A stretch of 64,000 nucleotides of DNA from Malacoraja senta (Eukaryota), in the NCBI GenBank assembly GCA_038087875.1, contig CM075988.1, forward strand, positions 62,001-126,000. The letters run 5' to 3'. Positions 22,650 to 32,809 of the stretch are shown here, piece by piece. Position numbers and translations under genes: made by a program. The notes beneath the pieces are model-generated. The model saw only the letters and a list, made by a program, of their open reading frames with translations, was not told where the DNA came from and ran no database searches. The stretch's first letter is position 1. The number at the start of each line of letters is the position of its first letter.

Positions 22650-22858
22650 TGTTCAGGAAAGAACTGCAGATGCCGGTTTACACCGAAGATAATAACAAAA
22701 TGCTGGAGTAACTCAGTGGGTCAGGCAGCATCTGTGGAGTGAAGAAATGGGCGACGTTTCGGGTCGAGACCCTTCTTCAGACTTGGAGTCAGGGGAATGG
22801 ACTAGACTAGAGATATGGAAGGGTAAAGTGTGAAAACAACAGATCAAAGCTGATGATG
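22650..22858 (-). mobile_element. Penelope-like element 3' tail
   Basis: Reverse complement of the tails at 27100-27305 and 32340-32490. Confidence 0.88.
22750..22783 (-). ncRNA. Minimal hammerhead ribozyme motif (PLE tail)
   Basis: The minus strand reads CTGAAGA-A-GGGTC-TC-GACCC-GAAA-C-GTC. Confidence 0.6.
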
Positions 22859-22859
22859 A

Positions 22860-23920
22860 ATAAATGAATGAATGAATGAATGAATGAATGAATAGTTTAT
22901 TTCGGTCATACATTAAAAAGAACAAAACTTTACAATCTGTGTGAATATGAACCAACACTGTATCCATTTCACACAACGTTCACATAATCAATGACCGAAA
23001 AAGGAATAGGCTGAAGCCACCAAGCTTATTTTGCCTATCCTATACAATCCATAAAATAATCCAGAATATCAGCATTACAAAGGGAAAAAAAAAAATTACT
23101 CTAAATTGTAGTCCTTACATTTAAATCATTTCACATTATAATCCATAATTATTTTACATTTTAAGGCTTTTTTGAAACTCAACAGAGCTACAAAATTTCA
23201 ACTCATCACTAAGCCCATTCCATGATGATCAAGGACGTGTAGAATGGTTCTCTGTTGGCCAGGGGAATGGTAACCGTAAAGGTAATTTTAAACTTTTCCA
23301 ATGCCCAACTTATTATTGCCGATAATACACAGGAAGGGAGGAGCGGAATTTACGCAGTTGATAACAAAAACTAATCCTCCGGGTCGTTCTTTCCAGTTTC
23401 ATTGATCCTTTATTGAAGTAGTTGTACGTACAAAGAAGTGAACATTCCAGATCGCTTTATAATAATAATAATAATAAATCCTTTATTTCGAACAGACTAT
23501 AAAATAAAAAGCAAGTATGAAACAGCATACACAAAACAAAAAAACAAAACAAGAATATTTATAAAGTGTCATAAACAATATTTATAAATATATGAATCGT
23601 ATGTGTCCGAAAAGGAGCAGGAAGAAGCCAAAGCTTATTAATTCCCACCCCTTATTCAACTGCTTATAATTTTCTTATACAAATTTAGCAGCTATAAGCA
23701 CCTATTTCCATATGTACACCAAACTATTTACATTTGTACACTAATCAAATATTTGCAAAGCCATACAAAAAAAAAAGAGAAAAAAATAACAAATAAAAAA
23801 CCCTCCTGTACTATACAGTATCTCTTAATCCGTATCTATACAAAATCCCTGCCCAAGCGTACCAAATAATTCTGCAAGAAATATCTGGACAAAATCTGGA
23901 CAAAATAATAAAATATGCTG
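22860..23920 (-). mobile_element. Two old AT-rich LINE 3' UTRs (L2/Crack/Daphne-like; 22860-23225 and 23460-23920)
   Basis: Both start with a microsatellite plus tttatttcg and carry ccgaaaa(a)gga..agg..gaagcc...aagcttatt. Confidence 0.5.
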
Positions 23921-23927
23921 ACAGTAA

Positions 23928-24446
23928 AGAGGCTGTCCCACTGCGGCGACCTAATTGGCGAGTTTAGGAGAGTTTAGGAGAGTTTGAAAAATGTCATGTT
24001 GAAGACCTCCTTCCACTATGTTGAAGACCAGCTTCGACTAACTTCGGGAAAATTGGACACCGAATAGTGGAGAGTGAAGACGACCTCCTTCGATCTCCTT
24101 CGACCTCCCTTCGACTATGTTGAAGACTATCTACGATTACCTTCGACTACCCTCGATTACCTACGAATAACATGCCGACCTACTACGACCTACCTCGACT
24201 AAACCTACGAGTAAAAAAAGTATCAATTTTTTCCATGGCGACCTATTTTTACTCGCGGGCATTTTTCAGCATTTTGAAAAATACGCCGCGACCTAGCTGA
24301 GGCCTCGAGTACGCGGGGACCACTCTCGAGCATGAAGGAGAGTTACAAAGACCTCCTAGGACCTCGTGTCGACCATGCTGCGAGTACGAGTTGAGGGCAA
24401 ACTTGTCAGAACTCGCGGATTAGGTCACCGCAGTGGGACAGCCCCT
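23928..24446. mobile_element. PIF/Harbinger-type MITE family 2
   Basis: TIR agaggctgtcccactgcggcgacctaat / attaggtcaccgcagtgggacagcccct with a TAA TSD. A second copy starts at 63676. Confidence 0.9.
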
Positions 24447-24694
24447 TAACTAAGCCTAAGCAAGAATGGCTCCGACAGTAACCATGTTGGTCAGTGCGGG
24501 CAAGTTGGTGTGAAGGGTCTGTTTCCACGCTGTATGACTTCCTGACTCCGATCTGCCCCATGGGAGCAGGGAGAAGAGGGAAAAGATCGGCAGGTACAGA
24601 AACACCATTTAAATGAGATTTGTGGTGAAATGGTGAGGAAAGGTTAGATAGAGGCTCTCACCCTAGTCATGGTCACTGTCGTCCTGTTGAGTTT

Positions 24695-25085
24695 CATATA
24701 AGATTATTATGGGTTTGGACACGCTAGAGGCAGGAAACATGTTCCCGATGTTGGGGGAGTCCAGAACCAGGGGCCACAGTTTAAGAATAAGGGGTAAGCC
24801 ATTTAGAACGGAGACGAGGAAACACTTTTTCACACAGAGAGCGGTGAGTCTGTGGAATTCTCTGCCTCAGAGGGCGGTGGAGGCAGGTTCTCTGGATGCT
24901 TTCAAGAGAGAGCTAGATAGGGCTCTTAAAGATAGTGGAGTCAGGGGATATGGGGAGAAGGCAGGAATGGGGTACTGATTGGGGATGATCAGCCATGATC
25001 ACATCGAATGGCGGTGCTGGCTCGAAGGGCCGAATGGCCTACTCCTGCACCTATTGTCTATTGTCCATTGTCTATTGTCATTGTT
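24695..25085 (+). mobile_element. CR1 LINE 3' fragment
   Basis: ORF 24709..24978 followed by an (attgtct)n tail. Confidence 0.93.
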
Positions 25086-25915
25086 TCAGTGGCTGCCTCG
25101 CCAGCAGCCGTTAGTCCTTTCACCCTTATTGTTATTTTTAATGCGTCTAAATGTATGTTTTAAATGTTCCTCAGTATGTCTTATGTGGGGGGGTGGTAGG
25201 GGGAACCATTTTTTCCAGTCACTTACCTGGATGGAGATGCGTCTTTTCTCTGCGTCGCATCTTCGCCCCCCCCCCTCCCCCTCGCGGCCTACCAACTGGA
25301 TAGGCGCGGCCTTTCCTACCGGAGACCGGCCAGAGCTTCAGCAGTGGGCGCAGCACTGAATTACCATCGCGGAGCGGGGCGATGCCTTGCCAAGGCCTTG
25401 CGGAGCGTTGGGCCTGCTGACTTTAACATCGTGGAGCTGCGGTCTGCGGAGCTTCTAGCCACAGGCGCGACGCTGACTTTAACATCCTGGAGGCCTGGGA
25501 CCTTGTGCCGGGGATCGCCAGTGTTGGAGCTCCCTCCAGCTCGGCCTGTGGACTTCGGAAGCCGCGGTCTCCGGTAAGAAGCGGCCGATTCGGAAACTCC
25601 AGGCCGCAGAGTGTGTTCATCCGTTCCAACGTCGGAGTTCCGATCATCCCAGCAAAAAAGGACCTGAACATCCGTAACGGCGACTGCGCAGGGCTCAAAG
25701 GCCCCGACCACGGGTGAACAAAGAGGAAGGAAGATGACTGAACTTTACTGCCTTCCCCCACAGTGGGAAACGTTGATTCCGCTGTGTGGGGATGTTCATG
25801 TTAAACTCTATCGTGTATTGTGTTCTTTTTATTGGTATGGCTGTATGGTAGCTCAAATCTCACTGTACCAATTGGTGCATGCGACAATACATGTAAACTT
25901 GTGAACTTGACTTGA
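25086..25915 (+). mobile_element. GC-rich non-coding retroposon, copy 4 (apparently complete)
   Basis: Hairpin A at 25233-25264, internal (t)aacatcgtggagct-like repeats, hairpin B at 25754-25792, tail tctcactgtaccaattggtgcatgcgacaata plus acttg repeats. Confidence 0.8.
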
Positions 25916-26224
25916 AATTCGTCATCACCAACCCCACAGCCAACAATGGACCATTGTGGGCTCCAATTTTCCTTGATCACCGTCTTTTCTGCATCTTTCA
26001 TTAATTTGTTCTATATCTCAGTGCATCATGGTCTATATCTCTCGATTCCCTTTTCCCTGCCTCTCAAGAAGGGTCTCGACCCGAAACGTCAATCTATTCC
26101 TCTTCTCCCGAGATGCTACCCGACCCTTTGAGTTACTCCAGATTTTTGTGCCTGTCTGGTGTTTAGAGGGATGTGGGTCAAACGCAGGCAGGTGGGACGT
26201 CTGTACATAATCAGTAGAATCAAG

Positions 26225-26570
26225 GTCCAGTCTCACCCCGGCCACTCCCTCTTCTCCCCTCTCCCATCGGGCAAGAGGTACAGAAGTGTGAAAACGCACA
26301 CCTCCAGATTCAGGGGCAGTTTCTTCCCAGCTGTTATCAGGCAACTGAACCATCCTACCACAACCAGAGAGCGGTGCTGAACTACTATCTACCGCATTGG
26401 TGACCCTCAGACTATCCTTGACCGGACTTTGCTGGCTTTACCTTGCACTAAACGTTATTCCCTTACCCTGCTCGATTGTAATCATGTATTGTCTTTCCTC
26501 TGACTGGATAGCACGCAGCAACAGCTTTTCACTGTACCTCGGTACACGTGACAATGACCTAAACTGAACT
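26225..26570 (+). mobile_element. Rex1/Babar 3' fragment (family B)
   Basis: QSHPGHSLFSPLPSGKRYRSVKTHTSRF followed by the Rex tail. Confidence 0.9.
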
Positions 26571-26574
26571 GATT

Positions 26575-26760
26575 GAGTCCGCGCCTACCAGCGATCCCCG
26601 CACATTAACACCATCCTACACCCACTAGGGACAATTTACAAGTTAGACCAAGCCAATTAACCTACAAACCTGTACGTCTTTGGAATGTGGGAGGAAACCA
26701 AAGCACCTGCAGAAAACCCACGCAGGTCACGGTGAGAACGTATAAACTCTGTACAGACTG
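26575..26760 (-). mobile_element. V-SINE fragment
   Basis: Reverse complement of the V-domain and 3' half of 15889-16225. Confidence 0.8.
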
Positions 26761-26819
26761 TCTTGAGTCTGTCTTTGGTTTAGAGGGATATGGGCCAAAC
26801 GTGGTGAGACAGGTCTTTG

Positions 26820-27305
26820 ACTGCTCTACATCGGTGAGACCAAGCGCAGGCTTGGCGATCGCTTCGCCCCACACCTCCGCTCAGTTCGCAATAACCAACC
26901 CCGATCTCCCGGTGGCTCAGCGCTTCAACCCCCCCCCCACCCACCTTTCTGTCCTGGGCCTCCTCCATTGTCAGAGTGAGTCCCACCGCAAATTGGAGGA
27001 ACAGCACCTCATATTTCACTTGGGTAGTTTATACCCCAGCGGTATGAACATTGACTTCTCCAATTTCAGGTAGTCCCTGCTTTCTCCTTCCTTCCCCTCC
27101 CCTTCCCAGCTCTCCCACAGCCCACTGTATCCGCTTCTTCCTTTCTTTTCCCCGCCCCCCCTCCCCGACATCAGTCTGAAGAAGGGTCTCGACCCGAAAC
27201 GTCACATATTCCTTCGCTCCATAGATGCTGCCTCACCTGCTGAGTTTCTCCAGCAATTTTGTCTACCTTCGATTTTTCCAACATCTGCAGTTCTTTCTTA
27301 AGCAC
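26820..27305 (+). mobile_element. Penelope-like element 3' fragment
   Basis: GIY-YIG C-terminus LLYIGETK...RKLEEQHLIFHLGSL.PSGMNIDFSNF followed by the tail. Confidence 0.9.
27173..27206 (+). ncRNA. Minimal hammerhead ribozyme motif (PLE tail)
   Basis: CTGAAGA at 27176-27182, stem II GGGTC/GACCC, GAAA at 27196-27199, putative GTC cleavage triplet at 27201-27203. Confidence 0.62.
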
Positions 27306-27494
27306 AGGTCTTTGATTAAGTCGGCTGCTTTCCTGAGGCAGCGTGATATGTAGCTGGAGTATGGTCCGTGTGTCTCGATGTATCGGAAGGAACTGCAGAT
27401 GGTTCATACCAAAGATAGACACAAAATACTGGAGTAACTCAGCGGGACAGGCACCATCTCAGGAGAGAAGGAATGGGTGACGTTTCTTCAGACT

Positions 27495-27795
27495 GAGCTT
27501 GGTTTGGAGGAGGTGAGAGGAGTGGAAGGAGAAGTTGTTGAGGGTGGGGACCAGCTCCGTTAGGCGGAGTAGGGTGTTAGTCGAGAGAAGTTGGCTGGTT
27601 CTGCAATTGAGGAAGAAACGGAGGGTTTTAAGGCCATCCTGGTGGGGAATGGAGGTGCAGAGTGACTGAACGTCCATAGTAAAGATGAGGGAGTGGGAAC
27701 TCAGAAAGCGGAAGTCATTGAAGAGACGAAGCGCGTGTGAGGGGTCTTGAGCCAAGGTCGGGAGGGATTGGACCAGGGGGATAGGATAGAGTCAA
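27495..27795 (-). mobile_element. Penelope-like reverse transcriptase fragment
   Basis: ORF 27459..27755(-) has LIFTMDVQSLCTSIPH...LLRLTELVPTLNNFSF (PLE RT motif DV.SLYT.IP). Confidence 0.88.
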
Positions 27796-27797
27796 GG

Positions 27798-28190
27798 TAT
27801 GAATGAATGAATAAGCTTATTGGCCAAGTATTCACATACAAGGAATTTGCCTTGCTGCTCCGCCCACAGGTGACAACATGACATACAGTGACAGTTAGGA
27901 ATGGTACATAAAACATTAAACATTAATAATAAAACATTATTGATTAAATAAAATATCAGAGCAAAAGGAGGCTACAGATTTTTGGCTGTTGAGTAGAGCT
28001 ACTACTCATGGAAAAAAGCTGTTTTTATGTCTGGCTGTGGCAGCTTTGACAGTCCGGAGTCGCCTTCCAGAGGGAAGTGATTCAAAGAGTTTGTGGCCAG
28101 GGTGAGAGGGGTCAGAGATGATCTTACCCGCTCGCTTCCTGGCCCTTGCAGCGTACAGTTCATCAATGGAGGGAAGGTTGCAGCCAATAT
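27798..28190 (-). mobile_element. Rex1/Babar 3' fragment (family C)
   Basis: The minus strand gives IISDPSHPGHKLFESLPSGRRLRTVKAATARHKNSFF with an (attc)n tail. The same tail occurs at 40145-40715. Confidence 0.82.
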
Positions 28191-29120
28191 GAAAAGTAAT
28201 TCAGTGGGACAGAAACAGCGGGTGTGCCAGGGCAGTTGTGTTTGTGGACTTTGGAGAGAAGATTCGCCTGCCCCGATTCTCCTTCAAGGCTTCGACTTGA
28301 GGAGACCCGATCTGAAATGCCATCAAAGCCGCCTTATAATGAGGAACCTTATCCAGCAGCCAGGGGGGCAATTTCCGAAGGATTCTTCCATGTAAAACGC
28401 AGGCACTTCAAGCCCTGCCATTCCAGCCCTGTCTGCCAAAGGTGTTTCATTTTTACATTAACCCGAGAGGCAAAGAGAAAGAAAAACAAAAATCCAAGCA
28501 AGCAGTTCAAAAGTGAGGGCGATTAAAATATAAATGAAGTCTTGCATAGATAAGGCCCTGCGCCTATTTAACATTCATGAAACCATATAATCAGTCCCCA
28601 TTATCAAGGCACATGATACTGCCAGTGCCTCTGCTAATCCTATGTTGCTATGAGCTGCCAAACACTGCCCCTTGCTGACAAATGCATTATCCATTTGCTC
28701 TGTAGTGTTGTTGGCTAAAGGGCATTTAAGGCCCATTGCAACAGGGCCTCACTTGAAATGCCATTTAGCCAAACTAGTTTTGATAATTGGTCTATTTTGC
28801 GCGACATATTCGCGCTCCTTCTCAGCTCAGCCTGAATTAAAGACCTTATCAGTCGGTCTTTTTCTTTGGTAAGGAGAAAAATAATGTGCAATTTATCAGC
28901 CGTTCTTCGAGAAGAAATAAAAGAATCATCGGACGGAATAATTTGTTGCTGAAAGCTGGAAGGCAGGTCTTGTGTTTCTCGTTCAATTTCCTATTAATTG
29001 CTTTGGCCCTGAGCTACCCGACGAAGTTTATTTGGTTGTCATTAACATTCTGCACCAAAAATAAAAGTTTGTGTCCTCCGTCGAATAGCAAACAAAATGG
29101 ACGTGCAGTAGATGGAGTGG
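28190..29120. promoter_or_regulatory. Single-copy island, candidate conserved non-coding element
   Basis: About 0.9 kb with no repeat homology in the window, many TAAT/TTAT motifs and no credible ORF. Confidence 0.35.
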
Positions 29121-29269
29121 TACTGGCTTCAGGTTTAGTTTGGAGGTACAGCGCGGGAAACAGGCCCTTCGGCCCACCGAGTCCGCGCCGACCAGCGATC
29201 CCCGCACACTTACACTATCCTGCACGCACTAGGAGCAATCTACACTTATACCCAGCCAATTATGAGAAT

Positions 29270-29710
29270 GGGGAATGGAGCGGCTGGGCTTGTACACTCT
29301 GGAGTTTAGAAGGATGAGAGGATATCTTATTAAAACATATAACATTATTAAGGGTTTGGACACGCTAGAGGCAGGAAACATGTTCCCAATGTTGGGGGAG
29401 TCCAGAACCAGGGGCCACAGTTTAAGAATAAGGGGTAAGCCATTTAGAACGGAGACGAGGAAACACTTTTTCACACAGAGTGGTGAGTCGGTGGAATTCT
29501 CTGCCTCAGAGGGCGGTGGAGGCCGGTTCTCTGGATACTTTCAAGAGAGAGCTAGATAGGGCTCTTAAAATAGCGGAGTCAGGGGATATGTGGAGAAGGC
29601 AGGAACGGGGTACAGATTGGGGATGATCAGCCATGATCACATTGAATGGCGGTGCTAGCTCGAAGGGCCGAATGGCCTACTCCTGCACCTATTGTCTGTT
29701 GCCTATTGTC
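29270..29710 (+). mobile_element. CR1 LINE 3' fragment
   Basis: ORF 29275..29559. Confidence 0.92.
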
Positions 29711-30036
29711 GATCTGGAACGCCGTAGGTTGAGGGGGAGACCTGATAGAAGTTTATAAAATGAAGACTGGCATAGATAGGGTAGCCAGTCAGAACCTTTT
29801 TCTCAGTGTCTATTGTCTATTAACCTGCAAACCTGTACGTGTTTGGAGTGTGGGAGGAAACCGGATCATCCCGGAGAAAACCGGCGCAGGTCACGGGGAG
29901 AACGTGCAAGCTCCGTACAGACAGCACCTGCAGTCGGGTCTCTGGCCCTGAAAGGCGGCAACTCTACTCACAACTATCACAGGGACTCACAGGCGGCAAC
30001 TATCACTTCAGCCAGTCTTTGTAGGTTTGTGCTTTA

Positions 30037-30283
30037 AGGGCCTGTCCCACTTTCACGAGGTAATTCACGAATTCTCCCGTATTTTCCCCTGATTCAAACT
30101 CGCAAAATGTTCGTAACGAGTCCGTAGGAGTTCGTAGATATATCGTAGCAGCTGGTTATGCCAGCCGCAGGTACTCCTGGCATCAGGTAAGTCGAGACGT
30201 TTTTTCCAGCCCGGTAAAAAATGTCCACGAGTAAAAAAATGGCCGGGAAGAAAGAATTAAGTGGTGAAAGTGGGACAGACCCT
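30037..30283. mobile_element. PIF/Harbinger-type MITE family 3
   Basis: TIR agggcctgtcccactttcac / gtgaaagtgggacagaccct with a TTA TSD, inserted in a V-SINE remnant. Confidence 0.9.
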
Positions 30284-30344
30284 TTAATTGGCTTGGTTTT
30301 GTACACTTGGTATGAGTGTAAATGTCCCTAGTGTGTGACAATAG

Positions 30345-30910
30345 AGAACAGACAACAGACAATAGGTGCAGGAGGAGGCCATTTGGCCCTTCGAGCCAGC
30401 ACCGCCATTCAATGTGATCATGGCTGATCATCCACAATCAGTATCCCGTTCCTGCCTTCTCCCCATATCCCCTGACTCCGCTATTTTAAGAGCCCTATCT
30501 ATTCCACAGACTCACCACTCTCTGTGAGAAAAAGTGTTTCCTCGTCTCCGTTCTAAATGGCTTACTCCTTATTCTTAAACTGTGGCCCTTGGTTCTGGAC
30601 TCCCCCAACATCGGGAACATGTTTCCTACCTCTAGCGTGTCCAAGCCCTTCACAATCTTATATGTTTCAATGAGATCCCTCTCATCCTTCTAAACTCCAG
30701 AGTGTACAAGCCCAGCTGCTCCATTCTCTCAGCATATGACAGTCCCGCCATCCCGGGAATTAACCTGGTAAACCTACGCTGCACTCCCTCAATAGCAAGA
30801 ATGTCCTTCCTCAAATTAGGGGACCAAAACTGTACACAATACTCCAGGTGTGGTCTCACTAGGGCCCTGTACAACTGCAGAAGGACCTCTTTGCTCCTAT
30901 ATTAGATTCC
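30345..30910 (-). mobile_element. CR1 LINE 3' fragment
   Basis: ORF 30650..30874(-). Confidence 0.92.
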
Positions 30911-31575
30911 TTTGCAGGCTTGTGTTAGTGTGCGGGGATCGCAGGTCGGGGCGGACCCGGTGGGCCGAAGGGCCTGTTTCCGCGCTGTACCTCCAAACTA
31001 AACTAAACTAAACTAAAAAGAAAGGTGACCACACCTGAACACGATATCATACTTCACCCCCCGATAGCTAAACCGTACTGTAAAAACTGCATAATGAAGT
31101 CATTATGTTTTAATTTTCTCATCTGGGTTAAATTACAAGCCATGATAAAAGTGACATTATGTGGATGTTCTCGATGCCCTGCCCAGTAGCCTGTAGGGGC
31201 AATTGGAGTGGGAGGGTGGGGCGGTGTAGGACGGGAAAGAGGGGTGTGTGTGTGGGGTGGGTGTGGGGTGAGTGGTTTTATGGATGAGGGGGGAGGAGGT
31301 GTTTGGAGCAGCCTTCCATTCACACGGCGTTCATGTTGAGACAGGCACCGCACTTTGGCAGCGACTTGCAGGGGGCTACGGTTTCAGCAGCTGCCTGTCA
31401 GTTATCTCTGGAGCGCAGGCGATCGGGTGTCAGCGAGACCGCAGAGGAGAGCAGGCGGTGGACAATGAAATCAAAGTGTTACATGATAAAGAGGCACAAC
31501 AAACACACACAGAGCCAAAGACACAGCCCTCCCTGGGAAAGTCACGCTGCCTCGGCAAGGACAACGCTACCTGAA

Positions 31576-31577
<2 letters not shown>

Positions 31578-31635
<58 letters not shown>
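31578..31635. repeat. (TA)n microsatellite
   Basis: Perfect TA run. Confidence 0.98.
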
Positions 31636-31638
<3 letters not shown>

Positions 31639-31651
31639 TGTGTTGTGATAA

Positions 31652-32060
31652 AGACAATAGACAATAGGTGCAGGAGTAGGCCATTCGGCCCTTCGAGCCA
31701 GCATTCAATGTGATCATGGCTGATCATCCCCAATCAGTACCCCGTTCCTGCCTTCTCCCCATATCCCCTGACTCCGCTATCTTTAAGAGCCCTATCTAGC
31801 TCTTTCTTGAAAGCATCCAGAGAACCTGCCTCCACCAGGCAGAGAATTCCACAGACTCACCACTCTCTGTGAGAAAAAGTGTTTCCTCGTCTCCGTTCTA
31901 AATGGCTTACCCCTTATTCTTAAACTGTGGCCCCTGGTTCTGGACTCCCCAAGCATCGGGAACATGTTTCCTGCCTCTAGCGTGTCCAAGCCCTTAACAA
32001 TCTTAATCTTAACAATCTTAATATCCCCTGACGCCGCTATCTTTAAGAGCCCCATCTAGC
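31652..32060 (-). mobile_element. CR1 LINE 3' fragment
   Basis: ORF 31792..32055(-). Confidence 0.9.
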
Positions 32061-32395
32061 TCTTGGGTGAATGGGTGGCGTTTCAGGTCGAGGCCCTTCT
32101 TCAGGCTGGTTAGGGATAAGGGAAACGAGAGATATAGACGAGATAAAGAACAATGAATAAAAATATATATATAGATATATATAAATATAACCAAGTAACC
32201 CTTGCTTTCCCTCTCCCTCCTCAACCCTAGTTCTCCTAGTTTCATTTCCTCCTGATTAAATATACTGTTTGTACGCCTCGTTGTCACCTTCCCCTCAGCT
32301 AACAATGACCCATTCTACCTTTACTTGATCTGCTTTGATCTGTCATGTTCACACCTCACCCTTCATATCTCTAGTTTCCCTCTCCCCTGACGCTC

Positions 32396-32429
32396 AGTCT
32401 GAAGAAGGGTCTCGACCCGAAACGTCACC
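32396..32429 (+). ncRNA. Minimal hammerhead ribozyme motif (PLE tail, within 32190-32490)
   Basis: CTGAAGA-A-GGGTCTCGACCC-GAAA-C-GTC at 32399-32426. Confidence 0.62.
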
Positions 32430-32494
32430 TATTCCCTTCCCACAGAGATGCTGCCTGTCCCGCTGAGTTACTCCAGCTTTTTGTTTCTGTTTAG

Positions 32495-32800
32495 TTTTTG
32501 CTTTGGAGATACAGCGTGGAAACAACACGCCCTTCGGCCCATGGAGTCCGCGCCGACCAGCGATATCCGCACGCTAACACTATCCGACACATATTAGGGA
32601 CAATTTACAATTTTTACTGAAGCCAATTAACCTACAAACCTGTACGTCTTAGAAGTGTGGGAGGAAACCAGAGCACCCGAAGAAAACCCACGCAGGTCAC
32701 GGGGAGAACGTACAAACTCCGTACAGACAGCGCCCGTAGTCAGGATCGAACCGAGTCTCTGGCGCGGTGATGCAGTAGGTCATTTGCTGCGCCATTTTGC
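32495..32800 (-). mobile_element. V-SINE
   Basis: Reverse complement of the V-SINE, including the B-box (ggttcgatcc) and V-domain. Confidence 0.85.
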
Positions 32801-32809
32801 TGTCCCAGA

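Noticed and set aside
25219..25245. U1 snRNA-like start ACTTACCTGG in the GC-rich family (a perfect donor CAGGTAAGT on the minus strand)
   Set aside because: The match is about 10 nt, is absent in copies 1, 2 and 5, and has no further U1 similarity or Sm site.
24979..25359. Recurrent small ORFs such as MGMISHDHIEWRCWLEGPNG and MIMADHPQSVPRSCLLP
   Set aside because: These are chance translations of the CR1 3' UTR on either strand; they recur only because the repeat does.
30033..30288. Kolobok or piggyBac assignment of the MITEs because of flanking ttaa
   Set aside because: Across four complete copies the consistent parse is a terminal AGG.. with a 3-bp TTA/TAA duplication. piggyBac CCY ends are absent.
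31303..31733. YIYIYI-containing ORFs
   Set aside because: Translations of the (TA)n microsatellite.
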